Below are positions 39,756 through 54,015 of a stretch of 64,000 bases of DNA, in pieces. Below the pieces are notes generated by a model, which had not been told where the DNA came from, made no database searches, and was given only the letters and a program-made list of their open reading frames with translations. Source of the DNA: Syncephalis fuscata S228 (taxonomy: Eukaryota; Fungi; Zoopagomycota); contig JAHLTZ010000003.1 of the NCBI GenBank assembly GCA_025786725.1, forward strand, positions 124,001 to 188,000. The letters are read 5' to 3'. A program made the position numbers and the translations under genes. Within the stretch, counting starts at the first letter, position 1. Each line of letters opens with the position of its first letter.

Positions 39756-42428
39756 ATGAAATCGTTGCTTATAGCAGCAATACTTTTGGCGTCTTTTGCC
39801 TACAGTGCAGTTGCGCAAACTCAAAAAATTGCTTCCCAAACATTTATTGCGCCAGCTCCACAGCCCAAAGACTCGGCTATTATTCAAAATGCCTACATGA
39901 TCGAACTACACACGGAGCCAGGATCACCAGGTGTTACTGTTGAGCAGGAAGAGCTTCGTAAGAGCATCCGGTTGCTTAACATCCCGTTCAATGAACGTGG
40001 CGCGCTTACTGTTGCCCTCAACTCCATTAGCATCGAGGTCGACGACGGCGATATGGAGCAAATTAAGAACTAGCCCAAGTCAAGCGTGTCTGGCCGCTTC
40101 GCTCTGTTGCTCCGCCTCGTATGCATGTCACCGGTACTACGCAAAATGCCACCTTTCCCTATTACCATTCAATGACTGGTGTTGAAACTCTTCACAGTAA
40201 ATACAATCTTGAAGGCCAAGGTATCAAGGTCGGTGTTATTGACTCTGGCATTGATTACATGCATCCCGCGCTGGGCGGCTGCTTTGGCACAAATTGCCGT
40301 GTGGCCTATGGATGGGATTTTGTTGGCGACGACTATAATGATAAAAATAAACCCGTTGAAGATGCTGATCCGCGCGATTGTATGGGCCACGGCACACATG
40401 TTGCTGGTATTATCGGTGCTCGTGATAAGTCGTTTGTTGGTGTCGCTCCTAGTGTGACATTTGGTGCCTATCGTGTTTTTGGATGTGATAGCAGAGCTGA
40501 TGACGATATTATTGTCCGAGCCATGGAGCTGGCCTATATACAAAACATGGATGTTATTAATTTGTCTTTAGGTGGCGATGGTAACTGGCCACAAAGCTTT
40601 GATACTGTCGTAGCCGAGTGGCTTACACGTAAAGGACTCATTGTTGTGGCTGCCATGGGTAATTCTGCAACCAACGGTATTTGGGAAGCTTCGTCACCTG
40701 GTGTGGCTCCAAGTGTGTTCTCTGTTGCTGCTTTGGACAATGTCAAATATCAAGCCTACACCTTTACAATTAATGGCGATGCTAGCCGCAAGATCCCTTA
40801 CCAATCATCAAAGGCTGATCAACGTCTTAACTTCAATACTACAGAAGTTGTTGCAGTTGGAACGGGTGCTGCATCCATTGGTTGCGATTCTATCAAACTG
40901 AACTTGACTGGCAAGATTGCACTAATCAAGCGTGGTAGCTGCTCTTTTCCACAAAAAGCACTCAATGCACAAAAAGCTGGTGCTAGTGCCGTAATCATTT
41001 ATAATAACGTTTTTGGCATCTTGGCACCCGGTGGTGAAGATCCAGAAATCAAGATTCCATTCGTGGGCATCGAGCAATCGACCGGTGAAGATTTTGCCAA
41101 GCGTTTAAGCAAAGGTCCACTAAAGCTTGATTTTGGTACTAATATCGTTGAATTTTCTAATCCAACAGGTGGTCACATTGCCGACTTTTCCTCTTGGGGA
41201 CCAGGCCCTCGTTCCGAGATCAAGCCTGATATTGGTGCACCTGGTGGTCTTATCTACTCGACTTATCCATTGGCTAAGGGCAGCTATGCCACTGAAAGTG
41301 GCACTTCTATGGCAACACCTTATGTCGTTGGCTCGGTTGCACTTTATCTACAAGTTAAGGGACTAAATATTACGCAACATCCATTCGATGGAAGTACTTC
41401 TCAGAAAATCAAATTCAACACCACTGCACAAACCATTGATCAACAACGAATGCGCGAGGCATTCCAAAACTCCGCACGTCCTACAACTGAAGTGCGTGCT
41501 GATCAGCTTACAAGCTCTGTTGCTTTACAAGGTGCCGGCCTTATCGACGTAGAACGTGCAATCTTTAACACGCTTCATGTTAAGCCATCTCGTCTTGCCC
41601 TAAACGACACGCAATATCTTGGCAATCGCAAGGGCAACGCTCAAGTACGCACCATCCAAATCACTAATACAGGCAGCGAGAAACGCACCTACACTGTCAC
41701 GCATCGACCGGCCGTCTCAGTACGCGGTCTCGATGACAATGGCGTTCCTCCTGTCAAGCCAGAATTACGTGATGTACCTGCCGAGTCAGTTTCTCTGCCA
41801 GTAGCATTGTAGTCCAGCCAAAGCAAACTGTCGATGTTGATGTGCACATCACTCAGCCGGCCAGCCTTCCCGAAAGCCAGCTCTGGATTTTCTCTGGCTA
41901 CGTTGTCGTTTCACCTAACACCAATTCAAGCAAATCTCTTTCTAACGAAGCTGTCCATGTTCCTTATCTTGGTATCAAGGGCCGTTTAAGTAATATTCAT
42001 GTATTGCAAGCCACTAAAGACTTACCGTCATTTACAAATGTGGCCACTTCAAAGAAGATAACTCAACAGGATCAAACGACACCTACACTTTGACTAAAAC
42101 TAGCTTCCCTCTACTATCCTACAAAATTGATTTTGCATCACGCTATGTTACCGCTTTTGTCTTTGATGCCAATACTAATACTTCGCTTGGCCGTCTACCT
42201 GGTGTTACCTCTGAATGGGTCGGCCGTAATGATGTTGGTGATAAAAAAGCTTATAGGACACTCTGGCTTGGTAAAGTCATCCCTGACGATAAGTCCGGTA
42301 TTTCTAAGCGACTTCCTAATGGTAAATATTATATTAAATTAATGGCACTTCGTTCTTATGGCCAAATTGAAAACACCAAAGATTATGATATCTGGCGCTC
42401 GCCTACCATTACTTTCCAACGTCCTTAG
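39756..42428 (+). CDS. Secreted subtilisin-like S8 protease, Vpr/C5a-peptidase type (signal, I9-like prodomain, S8 with PA insert, Fn3-like tail)
   Basis: Catalytic motifs GVIDSG, GHGTHVAG and SGTSMATP; PA motif GKIALIKRGSCSF..KALNAQKAGA; QGAGLID. No evident introns; 1-nt slips near 40070, 40110, 41805 and 42090. Confidence 0.93.
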
Positions 42429-42794
42429 ACATTAATGGTAACCAAATCAATATAGTAACAATAATAAACCAAATTGATCCAGTGGATTTTATTGCTTTAT
42501 TTCGACTTGAGTATGATATTGCTATGTATGTTTTTGACGGTTATCATATTCTAATTTTATATTGTATTACAAATTTTATTAACTTAATTTGCTTTCAGTA
42601 TAAATACGAATATAAAAAAAATAGCGCCAAGTACATAGCTTGCATTGATCTGTTTTTAATAATAATTCTTTTATTTATACGTTAATAATTTACTTTCCAA
42701 AATAGGTTAATTTCCGTTTAGTCTTTCTATCTATATTCACTATTTTACTGATATATGTTTTATGACAACTAATGTTTGATAAAAGTGAATCTTT

Positions 42795-42955
42795 AAAAAT
42801 GTCCCTTTTTATTTAATTACCAAATGTCTTTTATTATAAATATGCTGATTTGAGCTATTCCTATAAGTTAAAGTCATTTGATACTAATGGTATTTTTATT
42901 AAATTGATATTAAAACATTTGACTAAGCTATTACAATTGTTGGTATATATTCAAT
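42795..42955 (+). repeat. Dispersed AT-rich repeat, second family, copy 1 (partner 54635-54955)
   Basis: About 100 nt near-identical: ttattataaatatgctgatttgagctatt...aaaacatttgactaagctat. Confidence 0.8.
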
Positions 42956-43369
42956 AATTAAATATGTACTTAATACTTTTAATTGTACATTTTTTGGTTT
43001 TATACTTAAGAATGTAGTAACATCATTTACAATTACCAACAAGTTTAAACTCTTCAATGACAGCCCTCGGTTTTTCGATACTAATAATTATAGATTTTTA
43101 AGTAGTTTGATAGACATTTAGCTATATATTTTAATAAAAGAAATTAATAACTTAATAATCTTTATTTTTTATATTACACTCGGTGTTTTGCTGATAATTT
43201 ATAATAATATCAATTAGCTAGCCACATTGTTACACTACAAAATAACGATGAATATATTGCATTATAACCAATAATACATCTATACATTATATTTTACTCG
43301 GTGTTTATATTACAATAGCAAATTTTATTAATATAATAACTTTGTATTACACAATCATCCTGGCAATAT

Positions 43370-45640
43370 TCATATCATTACAGCAAATTAAAGAAATATA
43401 AATTTTATTTATAAAAGCGTTTTACATGGTAAATTGCTCATTCAACATATAGCCAGAATACAATAATTATATTTTCTCAGTAATCTATGGACTTTGCGGT
43501 GGCAATTTGCGATAACTTAAGAATATGATCGGTTTTTGGACGATGTGCAGATCCAGTATTTTTGCCTATATTATTGCAATGATTAACTAATATTGTTGTA
43601 ACAATAATCCTATTTGTGCGTCAGTTTTATGTAAACAGCCATCTACCATTACTTACCAATCCACAACAAAAAAATGATCAGAATAAGCTTTGCCCCTAGA
43701 AGTGATTATGAGAATTGAACAAAAATACTGCATAACGCGGCCAAGGACATGGTTTGTATTCCATTGCGTGCCAGTTTCTTCCATGCATCCGATCCAAATA
43801 AGCGATACTGCTTTAAAGCAACGTGGCAAAAGATAGCTGAAAATAATATGTTAATTGATAGATTGACCGAAAGCCAATAAAACAGAAGAAACTGAGGATA
43901 GTACAACACACAGCCATATTTTTCTTCTAAAGTGGTAAAATCACAATAAATCATGATGAAGGCATAGGCGAGCTGTGGCGATATGAGCGGAATACTAATA
44001 TATAGTACCCATCTTTCTCGGCAAAGTACCAAATAGACTTTTTGAAGCAGTATTAGACTATTACCAACCATTGTAAGTGATATACTGAACGTCAAAACCC
44101 ATATCATAATTCGGCAATTAGTAGGAAAATTTAGGAACATAAATATAGACATTAGACTGGCTATAATTCCCGAGGCAGAAGGAATGAAGCAACACCATGG
44201 AATCATACTACGAGGTCGCGATATGAGCATTTTGCTGGCAGTAGCAAGGTTGCGCCCAAAGATAAAGACGCTATAATGAACATTAAAACTTGAATTTGTA
44301 TGCTAGACAATCGAAGGCGTTGCTTAGCAATATCGCCGGAAGCCTCCATAAGAAAATCAAATATGTTCATTTCACCAAGTAAATGAAGGCGAGCTCCCCA
44401 TTGCTTCATGCTACTGTTAATCCATTCAGCGTACCTCTGGCTATTATAATCAATAATTGGCATTGTGAGCTAGGAGCATATGTAGCAATAATATAGTATA
44501 AAATAATAAATGTGTTAGTGTGTATGTTAATAAAATGCTGACTGAACAATTGAAAGAATTAATGTGGCTCAAAAGCAACACTTTGCATTCATCAAGTTTT
44601 ATTTCTAATATGACAAGGCCAACTACATATTATAATAAACCTGTTATGCATCCTAAAAATAACTTTGTAGAATACGATAATAGCAAGCTGGATGGCTGCA
44701 TGTATACAATGCTCGTTTGCAGACTACATGGCAGTGAACTCCTCTATTGTGCATCGATAGAAATAAAGACCTTAATGTGTGCTAAATTTAAATACGCTAC
44801 GACAGCATTACCGGATAATAAACGCGCTAGAAATATAAACCCATCAGCATTAATTAAGTCAGATATGAATACAGCTATACATTCAATGATGGTTGAGATC
44901 CATGTGATTATTGGCAGTAGGATAATTATTCAGCAGTAATCTGCTATTTATCAAATTCATATCTGATGTTAAGCAGCATGCTATTCCAGCACCTTTTATG
45001 CGTACCTTGATAATACGTGGCCAGTATTACTAGAGCCACTATGGTAGCGGAATTTAACTTTATATCTGCAGTTGCCTACTAATACATACCAATTGATCAC
45101 AAGGCACATCAAACTCAACGTTACTTTTAGAAATAGCTATGCGATCAAGGCCAATATTATTGCGTACATTGCTAAGTATGCTATATTTTGTCGTCTGTCA
45201 GATACTATCATAGACGCAAAGTATGAATTAATGATATGCAATAATGTTACAATATACAAATAACTTGGATTTGTACCGCCATATTCGATACTTTATGACA
45301 ATTGTTTTAATCGAACAGCGTTTAAATTCGATTAAGCAATTTAACATTATTACTTATAATTTAGTAGTTTTGTATTTTTAAACATACGATTGCCATAATA
45401 ATAGCCAATCTATTTAGTTTAATGCCGTATAAGCAACACATCTAGCTATCATTCTACTTGACTAATATTGAGTTTGATCGTAGTTGTCTGTGTTATGCAT
45501 TTCTACATACAAAGCAAGAAATAACAATAACAGTCCGATTGAATTCCGACGTGAAGACAGCCAATCATCAATCTCTTTTCAATAATGTGACTGATATGAC
45601 TCTTTCGCGCCCCTCCTGGTCAACTCCAGTAAGTAGAATT
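43370..45640 (-). repeat. Inverted segmental duplication, right copy (partner 8142-10400)
   Basis: Reverse-complement match, e.g. tctttcgcgcccctcctgg (45601) versus ccagaggggcgcgaaaga (8163). Confidence 0.9.
43477..44463 (-). CDS. Orphan 7TM membrane protein, family A copy 3 (frameshifts near 44260 and 43715)
   Basis: MPIIDYNSQRYAEWINSSMKQWGARLHLLGEMN... closest to the 9309 copy. Same terminal intron; ends ...ATAKSIDY*. Confidence 0.72.
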
Positions 45641-46533
45641 CGGGTTGTTGATTTAGCTAACATTCAGCGTACCACTGGCTATTCTGAATAGCTGCATAAA
45701 TACAGCAATTTTGATTTAAATACCAAAGTTACCAATGAGTATTCAAAACCAATTATTAAATTTAAATGACTGCAAATCATCTGTACAATTGAGATCAACT
45801 ACGTTATTTGATGTTAAATTGACCATATGTGGATACTGAAATTCTGCTAGTTTAATAATTAAAGCATGTGCCTCAGCTTGTTAAGCTAATGGTTTATCTT
45901 TTTACATCTTAAAACATGTTAATTTTACTTTCCGTCTATTTAACAAGTTGGACTATCTTGTCTTTACGTGGAGTAATTTATAGATGCCAGGCAAAGGTAG
46001 CAAATTTTAAATGGTAGATTATTTAGTATAATATTTCATTAGCAATTCATTTACTATCAATCTGTTTTATAGTATACCGATTTAGTGGATAGATAGACTT
46101 TTATTATTACACTTCATTGCTAAATGATTTAAATGTAAAATACTGTTTTTAAAAATAATACATTTGAGAATCACTGTAGATAAAAATAATACATTTACTA
46201 CTGCTATTGTTAATGTTGTTATTGTCATCGTCGTTTATATAGCCCAATTCATACGTATGTATATAGTTTAAAACAATCATCGATGCATTATAAAGCGGAT
46301 CAGTCATGTATACATATGTGTATACACTACTATTGATGGTCTAAATGATAAAAAGGAATACTAAACTACAGCCATAGTCAGAAATAATAGTAATAATAAT
46401 CGTGATAGTAGTAGTAGTAGTAGTAGTAGTAAAAGTAGAAATAGTAGTAGTCGCCGTCATGTTTGTAGTAGCCATATCCAATAACAACAACAGAAGGAAA
46501 AGAAAGCTGTTGTATTCATTTATGTTATTATCG

Positions 46534-47669
46534 CTAAAAGGTAGACCATGTCCAGTCGTGTGGTACCGAAGGAATGGGATTAAGACTTGGATCTTGAGCA
46601 TTGGTGCGTTGTGACGTATTAATAGCAATTTCTTTAGTAGCGGATGAGGCGGCAACTGGTGAAGGAGCATCATTGCTTGTGTGCTCTGGCGTACGTAAAA
46701 GTAAACGATCATTACCGTCGTTGTTTACTGCCACAGCCGGTGGATAGACTGCACCGCCCGTACCGGTCATCGTTGAATCGGTACTAGCACCTGGCGAGGA
46801 AGCAATCGATGTTGCTCCACTAGCTCGTCCGTTAGCTTGTCGTCGCGCCTCTCGTTTAGCTACTGCTTTCTGAGCCTCGCTCATACACCGGTCACATACA
46901 CGGGACATGACACCGGCTGGATGATATTCCGCATCCTGATCTAATGGCAATAGATTGGCCGAGCATGAAGCACAGAAGATCTCTCCACAGCGACGACAAT
47001 GATGCCGACGTTCAAAGAGTGTAAATGGCTTTTGACACGTAAAAGAGGCACATCGGTCTGCATGATCGTCCGGCTATGATACAAAATAATAATTAATATA
47101 CAGTCTAATTGATTTGACTTATGACTAACTCGTACCTTCCAGTGCACACGGGTAGGCAGCCCGGTAACTTCTCCCCAGCTGCGATCAACATCTGGTGTCG
47201 CAACTCGACCAGCCGATACACTTTTACCAAGTAGCAAAGACGGGCGTGTTCGACTGTGACTGCTTAAATTGCTCGGCGTTGCACTTGTCGCAGTCATAGG
47301 CGACTGTAACGAAGACTGAACGTTGGCAGCAGCCCCAGAAGCACCAGAGCCGGTTGACCACGAGGCATGACCTTGTACGGATCGCCGAGCTTTATTGTTT
47401 TGGCCCATCATGCTATTTGCTGTACCTGATGTGGCAGACTGTTCCGGTCCATGAGCTGTGGGACGCGACATTTGTGACGATAATGAAGACGTAGTAGACA
47501 CCCATGAAGACGCAGAAGGTGGTCGAGAAGCCGTAGTTGTCGCGCCAGTACCGGCACCGGCACCTGTCGTGGATTTGACACCTGTAGCCATGTCAGGTGT
47601 TGTGGTCTGAATAGGAGCCATAGAAGGATTACGCGGTCTCTCTTTTCGAGTTAACGCATATACATCCAT
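46534..47669 (-). CDS. FYVE zinc-finger protein
   Basis: Intron 47074-47135. Spliced WKPDDHADRC..CQKPFTLFERRHHCRRCGEIFCASCS...RVCDRC is a canonical FYVE. Ends DWTWSTF. May have an upstream exon. Confidence 0.92.
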
Positions 47670-50199
47670 AATATATAATAGCGCAGTATAGAAGATAAAC
47701 TAAATAATAAACTAATATCAACAAAATAACAATTAGTACTCTGAACCAATAGCCACTTGTTCTATTAATATCCCCATCCCGTAATAATAAATGTATAAAA
47801 GGGGAGTGATCACAGCCATACCATTCATCAAATTAACACAATTAAAATAGATGATCGGCAGTCATATAAAAGCATGTGTCAAGTCAAATGTAAGCATATG
47901 CATGTTAGCGACACTTATCCAACTACTGATGCGTGTGAAAACATTGATATTCACATAGCGCCATTTTCATCATTATCTTTTTCTATATCCTTTCACAGTT
48001 ACTTACCAGTGCTGTAGTAGTAATGGTAGTAGTAGTGGAAATGGCAATGGTAGAAAAAGTAGTATGGGGTAATAAGAGATAGTGTAGATATAAACGACTA
48101 AATACTAATCCTGTCGGTTAAAGTCGTTATTGCTACTATTGTTATTGTTGTTATTGTTGCTGCAGTCGTTGTTGTTAAGGTGGTAAGCGTCAATGGTAGT
48201 AGTACAAAATAGCAGTATTACGCAATGGCTAGCAGTCGTCGTCGTCGTTTTTATTGTCGCCGCCGCCGTTAAAGATTGTTGTAGTGCTAGTGATTGTTTT
48301 AGTTATTGCTGTATGTTAATGCGGTACAAATCAGAGAAGCAAGAAAAGCCAACAATAGCAAGGTGTCCTTGCGTAATCTGACTATTTGTTGTAGAAAAGA
48401 AGATGAAAAATCTGATAGAAGTAGAATAGTAGTAGTAGAAGTAGTAGAAAGGTCGTAGAAGTATGTTATAGCTATTGCTGTTAATAGCAATAATACGCGC
48501 TGCTTATAGCAATAATAATAATAATAAACGGAAAGCGTAGAGAGAATGATGAATGCTGCGTAGTACTATAGATAAAAGGCAATGGAATGAGAATAGATAG
48601 CAACGGTAGCGCAGGTGTAGCAGTGCAGTCAAGTATAAACCATTGATTGTGCCCACCCAAATAGACTAGTTGCACGTGCCCATGTATCTACGATAAGTGT
48701 TGATAGTAGGTGTGCTGGAAGAGGAGAAGCAAAGATAGAAGAGAAAAGTCAATAACCAACGGTATATAAACAGTCGACTTGACTTACGGCCTACAACATG
48801 CGTCCAGATCGGTTTCGGCCAAATAATAATATAGTTAGTTATACGCGCGCACTTTTGCTGTTATTGTTAGGTATTTGTAGTGGTTGTAGGTAAAAAAGAA
48901 GGACGGAAGGAAGGAGACACGAGAGTAGATAGAGGTGTAAAGAATGGACTGTAATGAAAGAGGTGTTGTAAAAGAGAAAAACAAACAAGGGGAATCGCAA
49001 AGGCAATTCACCTGCTTCTATTTCACGCTCTTATCTCTCGCCATCTGTAGCTTTACTCACTCACTCACTCACTCAGCTACCCACTCACTCGCTTATTGAG
49101 TCACTATTAAATAACACTCCTTTATTGAATTAAGTGTGTACATAGACATTAAATTATATCAGCGATGAATACACCTTACCATATTTTAATAAAATTATCT
49201 ATTTTTTTTACGCATCAAGGCTTGGCACCTGGTAGTAGGATTGATATGCGCCCATACTATAATGTCTATGGTTCCAAATAAACAGTTATCGCTGTAAAGA
49301 ACAATTGTCATTTGTGAAAGGGCGTGATGGTTTAATAAACTGCAAACTATTCATAAACAAGTCATTATGATGCGGATAATTGGATTACGCATCACACGAT
49401 TAAATCCACATGTTTATCAGGCAATATAACCTGGTGGTGGTTAAGCGCGCAGAATGGCCTTAACATGACACCTTGACACTTCGGAACGGAGCTGATGGGT
49501 GTCAATGGTTGGTTCATGAGGAATAATGGAGAAACGTGAGAAAATACAGGTATTCCTAGAGACTTTCAACATGTTCGGCAATAATTATTGTGATGCCGCT
49601 TAATCAAAGATAACGAGTTTGTACTGAAGTAATATTATTATTACTATTAGACAACGACCGTCATTGATGGTGTATTTAAGCAATAAGAAACGTTGTCATA
49701 GCCGGGTATGACAATATTCGTTTACAATAATGTTGCTAGTTGATTAACCAATGGTCTACGTGTCATTGAATTTTGTATGTATGAATGCGCAATGAGTAAA
49801 AGAGGCAGACTAAACTGGACTTTGCAACAAATGAGCTGACGATAAACGTACAATTTTACGAATAGAGCATAGCTACTAGAATATACAATGGCATAAAATG
49901 AACTAAAATGGTAAAAAAGTCTACAAATAATAGAGTGAAGTTACATTCGGCGTGACTAATTGAATGAATGAGTTGAGTTTTACAGACAATAAAGCTAGCA
50001 ATAAATAGACACTAGTTTTAAGTAGTGTTTAATTACTATATAATAAAATAGTATCTATTAGAATGAATATACAAAGTAAAGCGTGAATAACGGCATTAAA
50101 GTTGCAGTGTATATGGGCATGAGTAAATGAGCGGAATTAGTCGACATTTGTTAATAATAAACTAGAACAAAAATAAAAACGGATTTGGATAGAGGAAGA

Positions 50200-50490
50200 C
50201 TAGGGGAGTATAGAATGATAGATAAATGATAGATGTACAGTAAAAAAATCATATAAAATGATGTTATAACTATAGTGTATATAGTCCAATGAGTGGAGAA
50301 AGTGATGTGTATTGAACATATAAATAATAGGATGTGTCTAGTATATCACATGATGATATAAATGGTATAGAATATAATGGAAATGATATAGTGAATAGAG
50401 GATATATGCGTGCTAGATAATAAGTCTACAATGACGAGTATTTGATGATTGATGGCACTCACCACTCATCATTATGTTAATAGATTGGAT
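50200..50490 (-). repeat. Degenerate dispersed repeat, copy 2
   Basis: Reverse complement aatctattaacataatgatgagtggtgagtgccatcaatcatcaaatactcgtcattgta matches 59607-59668. Confidence 0.7.
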
Positions 50491-51974
50491 GCAATATAAT
50501 AATTACATTCAACGCCTAGATCATACTAAATTGGTAATAAGATGCCGATGCAAAGTAAACTGCATAATAAGTTTAAATGACACATAGCATGATACAATTG
50601 AAACATTTTATTTAATTTGATAAGTAAATAACAATCAGCATGTATGCGAATATGATTATAATTACAGGCCGTCAGATTATGACAACTACAAAGAATTTCT
50701 GATAGAACACGTCTTATCTTAGACCAGTTCAAGGTCTATGGCTTCTACGCAGTTATTCCCTCATCTCTAATATGAGAAACCATATAAATTATAATGCTTC
50801 GATTAATAAACTATTAAGAATATAAGCATATATGTATGCATAAAATTAAACAAAAATGTTTATTATTCAATTGTTAAAAGCCACTCAAACATATAACTAT
50901 TTTTACGCGATTAAAAATCACATTAAAAATAAAAACTGTTGTTTCCGTGCGTGGGAAAAACAGCTAATTTACATTACCATATCTAGCAATGGCAAAAAAT
51001 TATTAATTTAGAACAATGTCGAATAAAACGCACAGTTCTTTCGTCTATATACTGTTTCTATGCGAGAGTAGTATTTTTCCATATGGCACATGTTGTAAAC
51101 ATTAGTTAAATTGAATTTTACTGACAATTAGAAAAAGAGATTGAGCAAATTAAGTTAAGGAACTGAAAAATCAAGTTTGAAGATTTGAGTAAATTATTTA
51201 AAGAACAAAAATTGCTTTAATTTACAGACAATAGAAAATGCTAACTATAAAACATCCTGCAAAAGTCTAAGAACATATTATCGAACAAAGATTATCCAGT
51301 TTAACCGACATCGGCTATCTATTTTAATTAGTCACTGTTCTGTTCGGCTATCGCGAAACTTCTTATCGCCAATTATGTGGCCAATTACAGACCATTTGCT
51401 ATTTATTGGACTGCGTGCGCGTGTATTTGTAACTCGGATGATCATTGCAACTTGACCAAGATTATTAATAGCAGGGGAAAAGTCTTATCTATAAATACTG
51501 ATATTTGTGACGATTAAGTACTCATTTCCAAAAACAATCAAAACTATTATCGTTTATGGAATAACTATGTATTTTCAACACGTGTTAGAATCAGAAAGTT
51601 CTTGTCGAATGGCTTAATCCATTAAAGTAAGGGCTAGACACAATGATGGAAACAACAAAAGCGTAACTTATTTTTAGAACAAAAAGTCAATGTCTATTGT
51701 CGAATCAATGTTGCACAGTCTATATTCGTTTATCGGCCTTTGCAAAGTTGCATAGCTATAAAAATCCGATATATCGCCATCAAAGCTAAGTTCTAAGCAC
51801 CCCCACACCTGTTTTGCATCTTCGCGCCTCAAGCATCAAGTATCAAGCATTTTACCAGCCATTTGCATTCTACCACTGCCCTGCCATTAGCAAAACATTC
51901 GTATTATATCTATTTACGGCACATTGTGATTTAAAAACTTGCCGTTTGTTTATTTTCAACATAAACCATCCACC

Positions 51975-54015
51975 ATGCATTCGTTCAAATATCTCACGTT
52001 GATTGCTGCTTTTGTAGCCCTTAACAGCGTTACGGTCCAGGCTGCCCCGACTGAGGATGCCAATGTAAACAATGCATATGGACCATCGGTCGCATATAAT
52101 CCGGCCCCACCAGCTTATGATACCAATGCTTCTCCTCCGGCTCAGCCAGCATATACCCCGGCCACGCCAGCATATACTACCCCAGCTACGGATGTTTATA
52201 TAACCACTCCTGCTACACCTGCGTATACTACTCCAGCTATATCTGTGTATACATCTACTCCAGCTAGTGATAATTATAGTATAGCCACGCCAACTACTAC
52301 ACCATGCGAGACCACTCCTGTCTACACTACTCCATCTACCACTTATACTACAACTACGTCTACTTACATTCCTCCACCTGTCACTGCTACCTCAACTAGC
52401 GACACTTATGGTACAGTTCCACCAACCACTTCTACCCATGTGAGACTACTCCTGTTTACACTCCATCTACCACTTATACTACAACTACCACTACTCCATG
52501 TGATACGCTTACCTATACTCCTCCACCTGCCACTTCTACCCCATGTGAGACTACTCCTGTCTACACTACTCCATCTACCACTTATACTACAACTACGTCT
52601 ACTTACATTCCTCCACCTGTCACTGCTACTTCAACTAGCGACACTTATGGTACAGTTCCACCAACCACTTCTACCCCATGTGAGACTACTCCTGTCTACA
52701 CTACTCCATCCGCCACTTATACTACAACTACCACTACTCCATGTGATACGCCTACCTACACTCCTCCACCTGCCACTTCTACGCCATGTGAGACACTCCT
52801 GTCTACACTACTCCATCCCCACTTATACTACAACTACCACTACTCCATGTGATACGCCTACCTATACTCCTCCACCTGCCACTTCTACGCCATGTGAACA
52901 CTCCTGTCTACACTACTCCATCTACCACTTATACTACAACTACGTCTACTTACATTCCTCCACCTGTCACTGCTACTTCAACTAGCGACACTTATGGTAC
53001 AGTTCCACCAACCACTTCTACGCCATGTGAGACTACTCCTGTCTACACTCCATCTACCACTTATACTACAACTACCACTACTCCATGTGATACGCCTACC
53101 TACACTCCTCCACCTGCCACTTCTACGCCATGTGAGACCACTCCTGTCTACACTACTCCATCCGCCACTTATACTACAACTACCACTACTCCATTGATAC
53201 GCTACCTACACTCCTCCACCTGCCACTTCTACGCCATGTGAGACTACTCCTGTCTACACTCCATCACCACTTATACTACAACTACCACTACTCCATGTGA
53301 TACGCCTACCTACACTCCTCCACCTGCCACTTCTACGCCATGTGAGACTACTCCTGTCTACACTACTCCATCCGCCACTTATACTACAACTACCACTACT
53401 CCATGTGATACGCCTACCTACACTCCTCCACCTGCCACTTCTACGCCATGTGAGACTACTCCTGTCTACACTCCATCCGCCACTTATACTACAACTACCA
53501 CTACTCCATGTGATACGCCTACCTACACTCCTCCACCTGCCACTTCTACGCCATGTGAGACTACTCCTGTCTACACTCCATCCGCCACTTATACTACAAC
53601 TACCACTACTCCATGTGATACGCCTACCTACACTCCTCCACCTGCCACTTCTACGCTATGTGAAACCACTCCTGTCTACACTCCATCTCCGCCAGTGTAC
53701 TCAAGTAATAATAACATCCAGTATCCATCAAAGGACTCTTATGGTGATGAAGACTGCAACGATGAGTATGAAGAGGTTAACGAAGGTTACGGTAAGCACC
53801 CAAATAAGAAGCATAAGAAGTTTGAATACTACTTGGTTCCTGTCGCCTACGCCAATAGCACTTATACCTATACTAATGGCACCAAGGTTCATTGTAACAA
53901 CTGCACCCTGGTCAACCGCACTTATGAGAACCAGAAACCGGGTACTTTCTTAAACTGCACTGTTCGCGTCCCACATAAGCAACAGCACAAAAACTCGACA
54001 TACAAGTCATACTAA
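51975..54015 (+). CDS. Secreted Thr/Pro/Tyr/Cys-rich tandem-repeat (mucin/adhesin-like) protein
   Basis: Signal peptide MHSFKYLTLIAAFVALNSVTVQA, repeats TPCETTPVYTPS / TPCDTPTYTPPPATS, and a C-terminal domain with several N-x-T sequons. Several 1-nt slips in the repeats. Confidence 0.8.
52290..53690 (+). repeat. Coding minisatellite with higher-order units (about 114-126 nt)
   Basis: Recurrent ccatgtgagactactcctgtctacac and ccatgtgatacgcctacctacactcctccacctgccac. Confidence 0.95.

Noticed and set aside
39756-42428. S8 protease as a pseudogene or programmed-frameshift gene
   Set aside because: Catalytic triad intact, no slippery-site pattern, and similar indels occur throughout the window.
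44520-44939. 139-aa ORF upstream of 7TM copy 3
   Set aside because: GTG start, no motif, and it lies in the duplicated promoter whose partner copy shows no equivalent ORF.
46341-48675. Small ORFs built on (GTA)n, (GTC)n and (AAT)n runs flanking the FYVE gene
   Set aside because: UTR or intergenic microsatellites producing spurious poly-V/T ORFs.
52440-53953. Leu/His/Pro-rich ORFs (LLLPHVRLLL...) and the regular repeat as a possible CRISPR-like array
   Set aside because: Shifted-frame reading of the Thr/Pro coding repeat; no unique spacers and a eukaryotic context.
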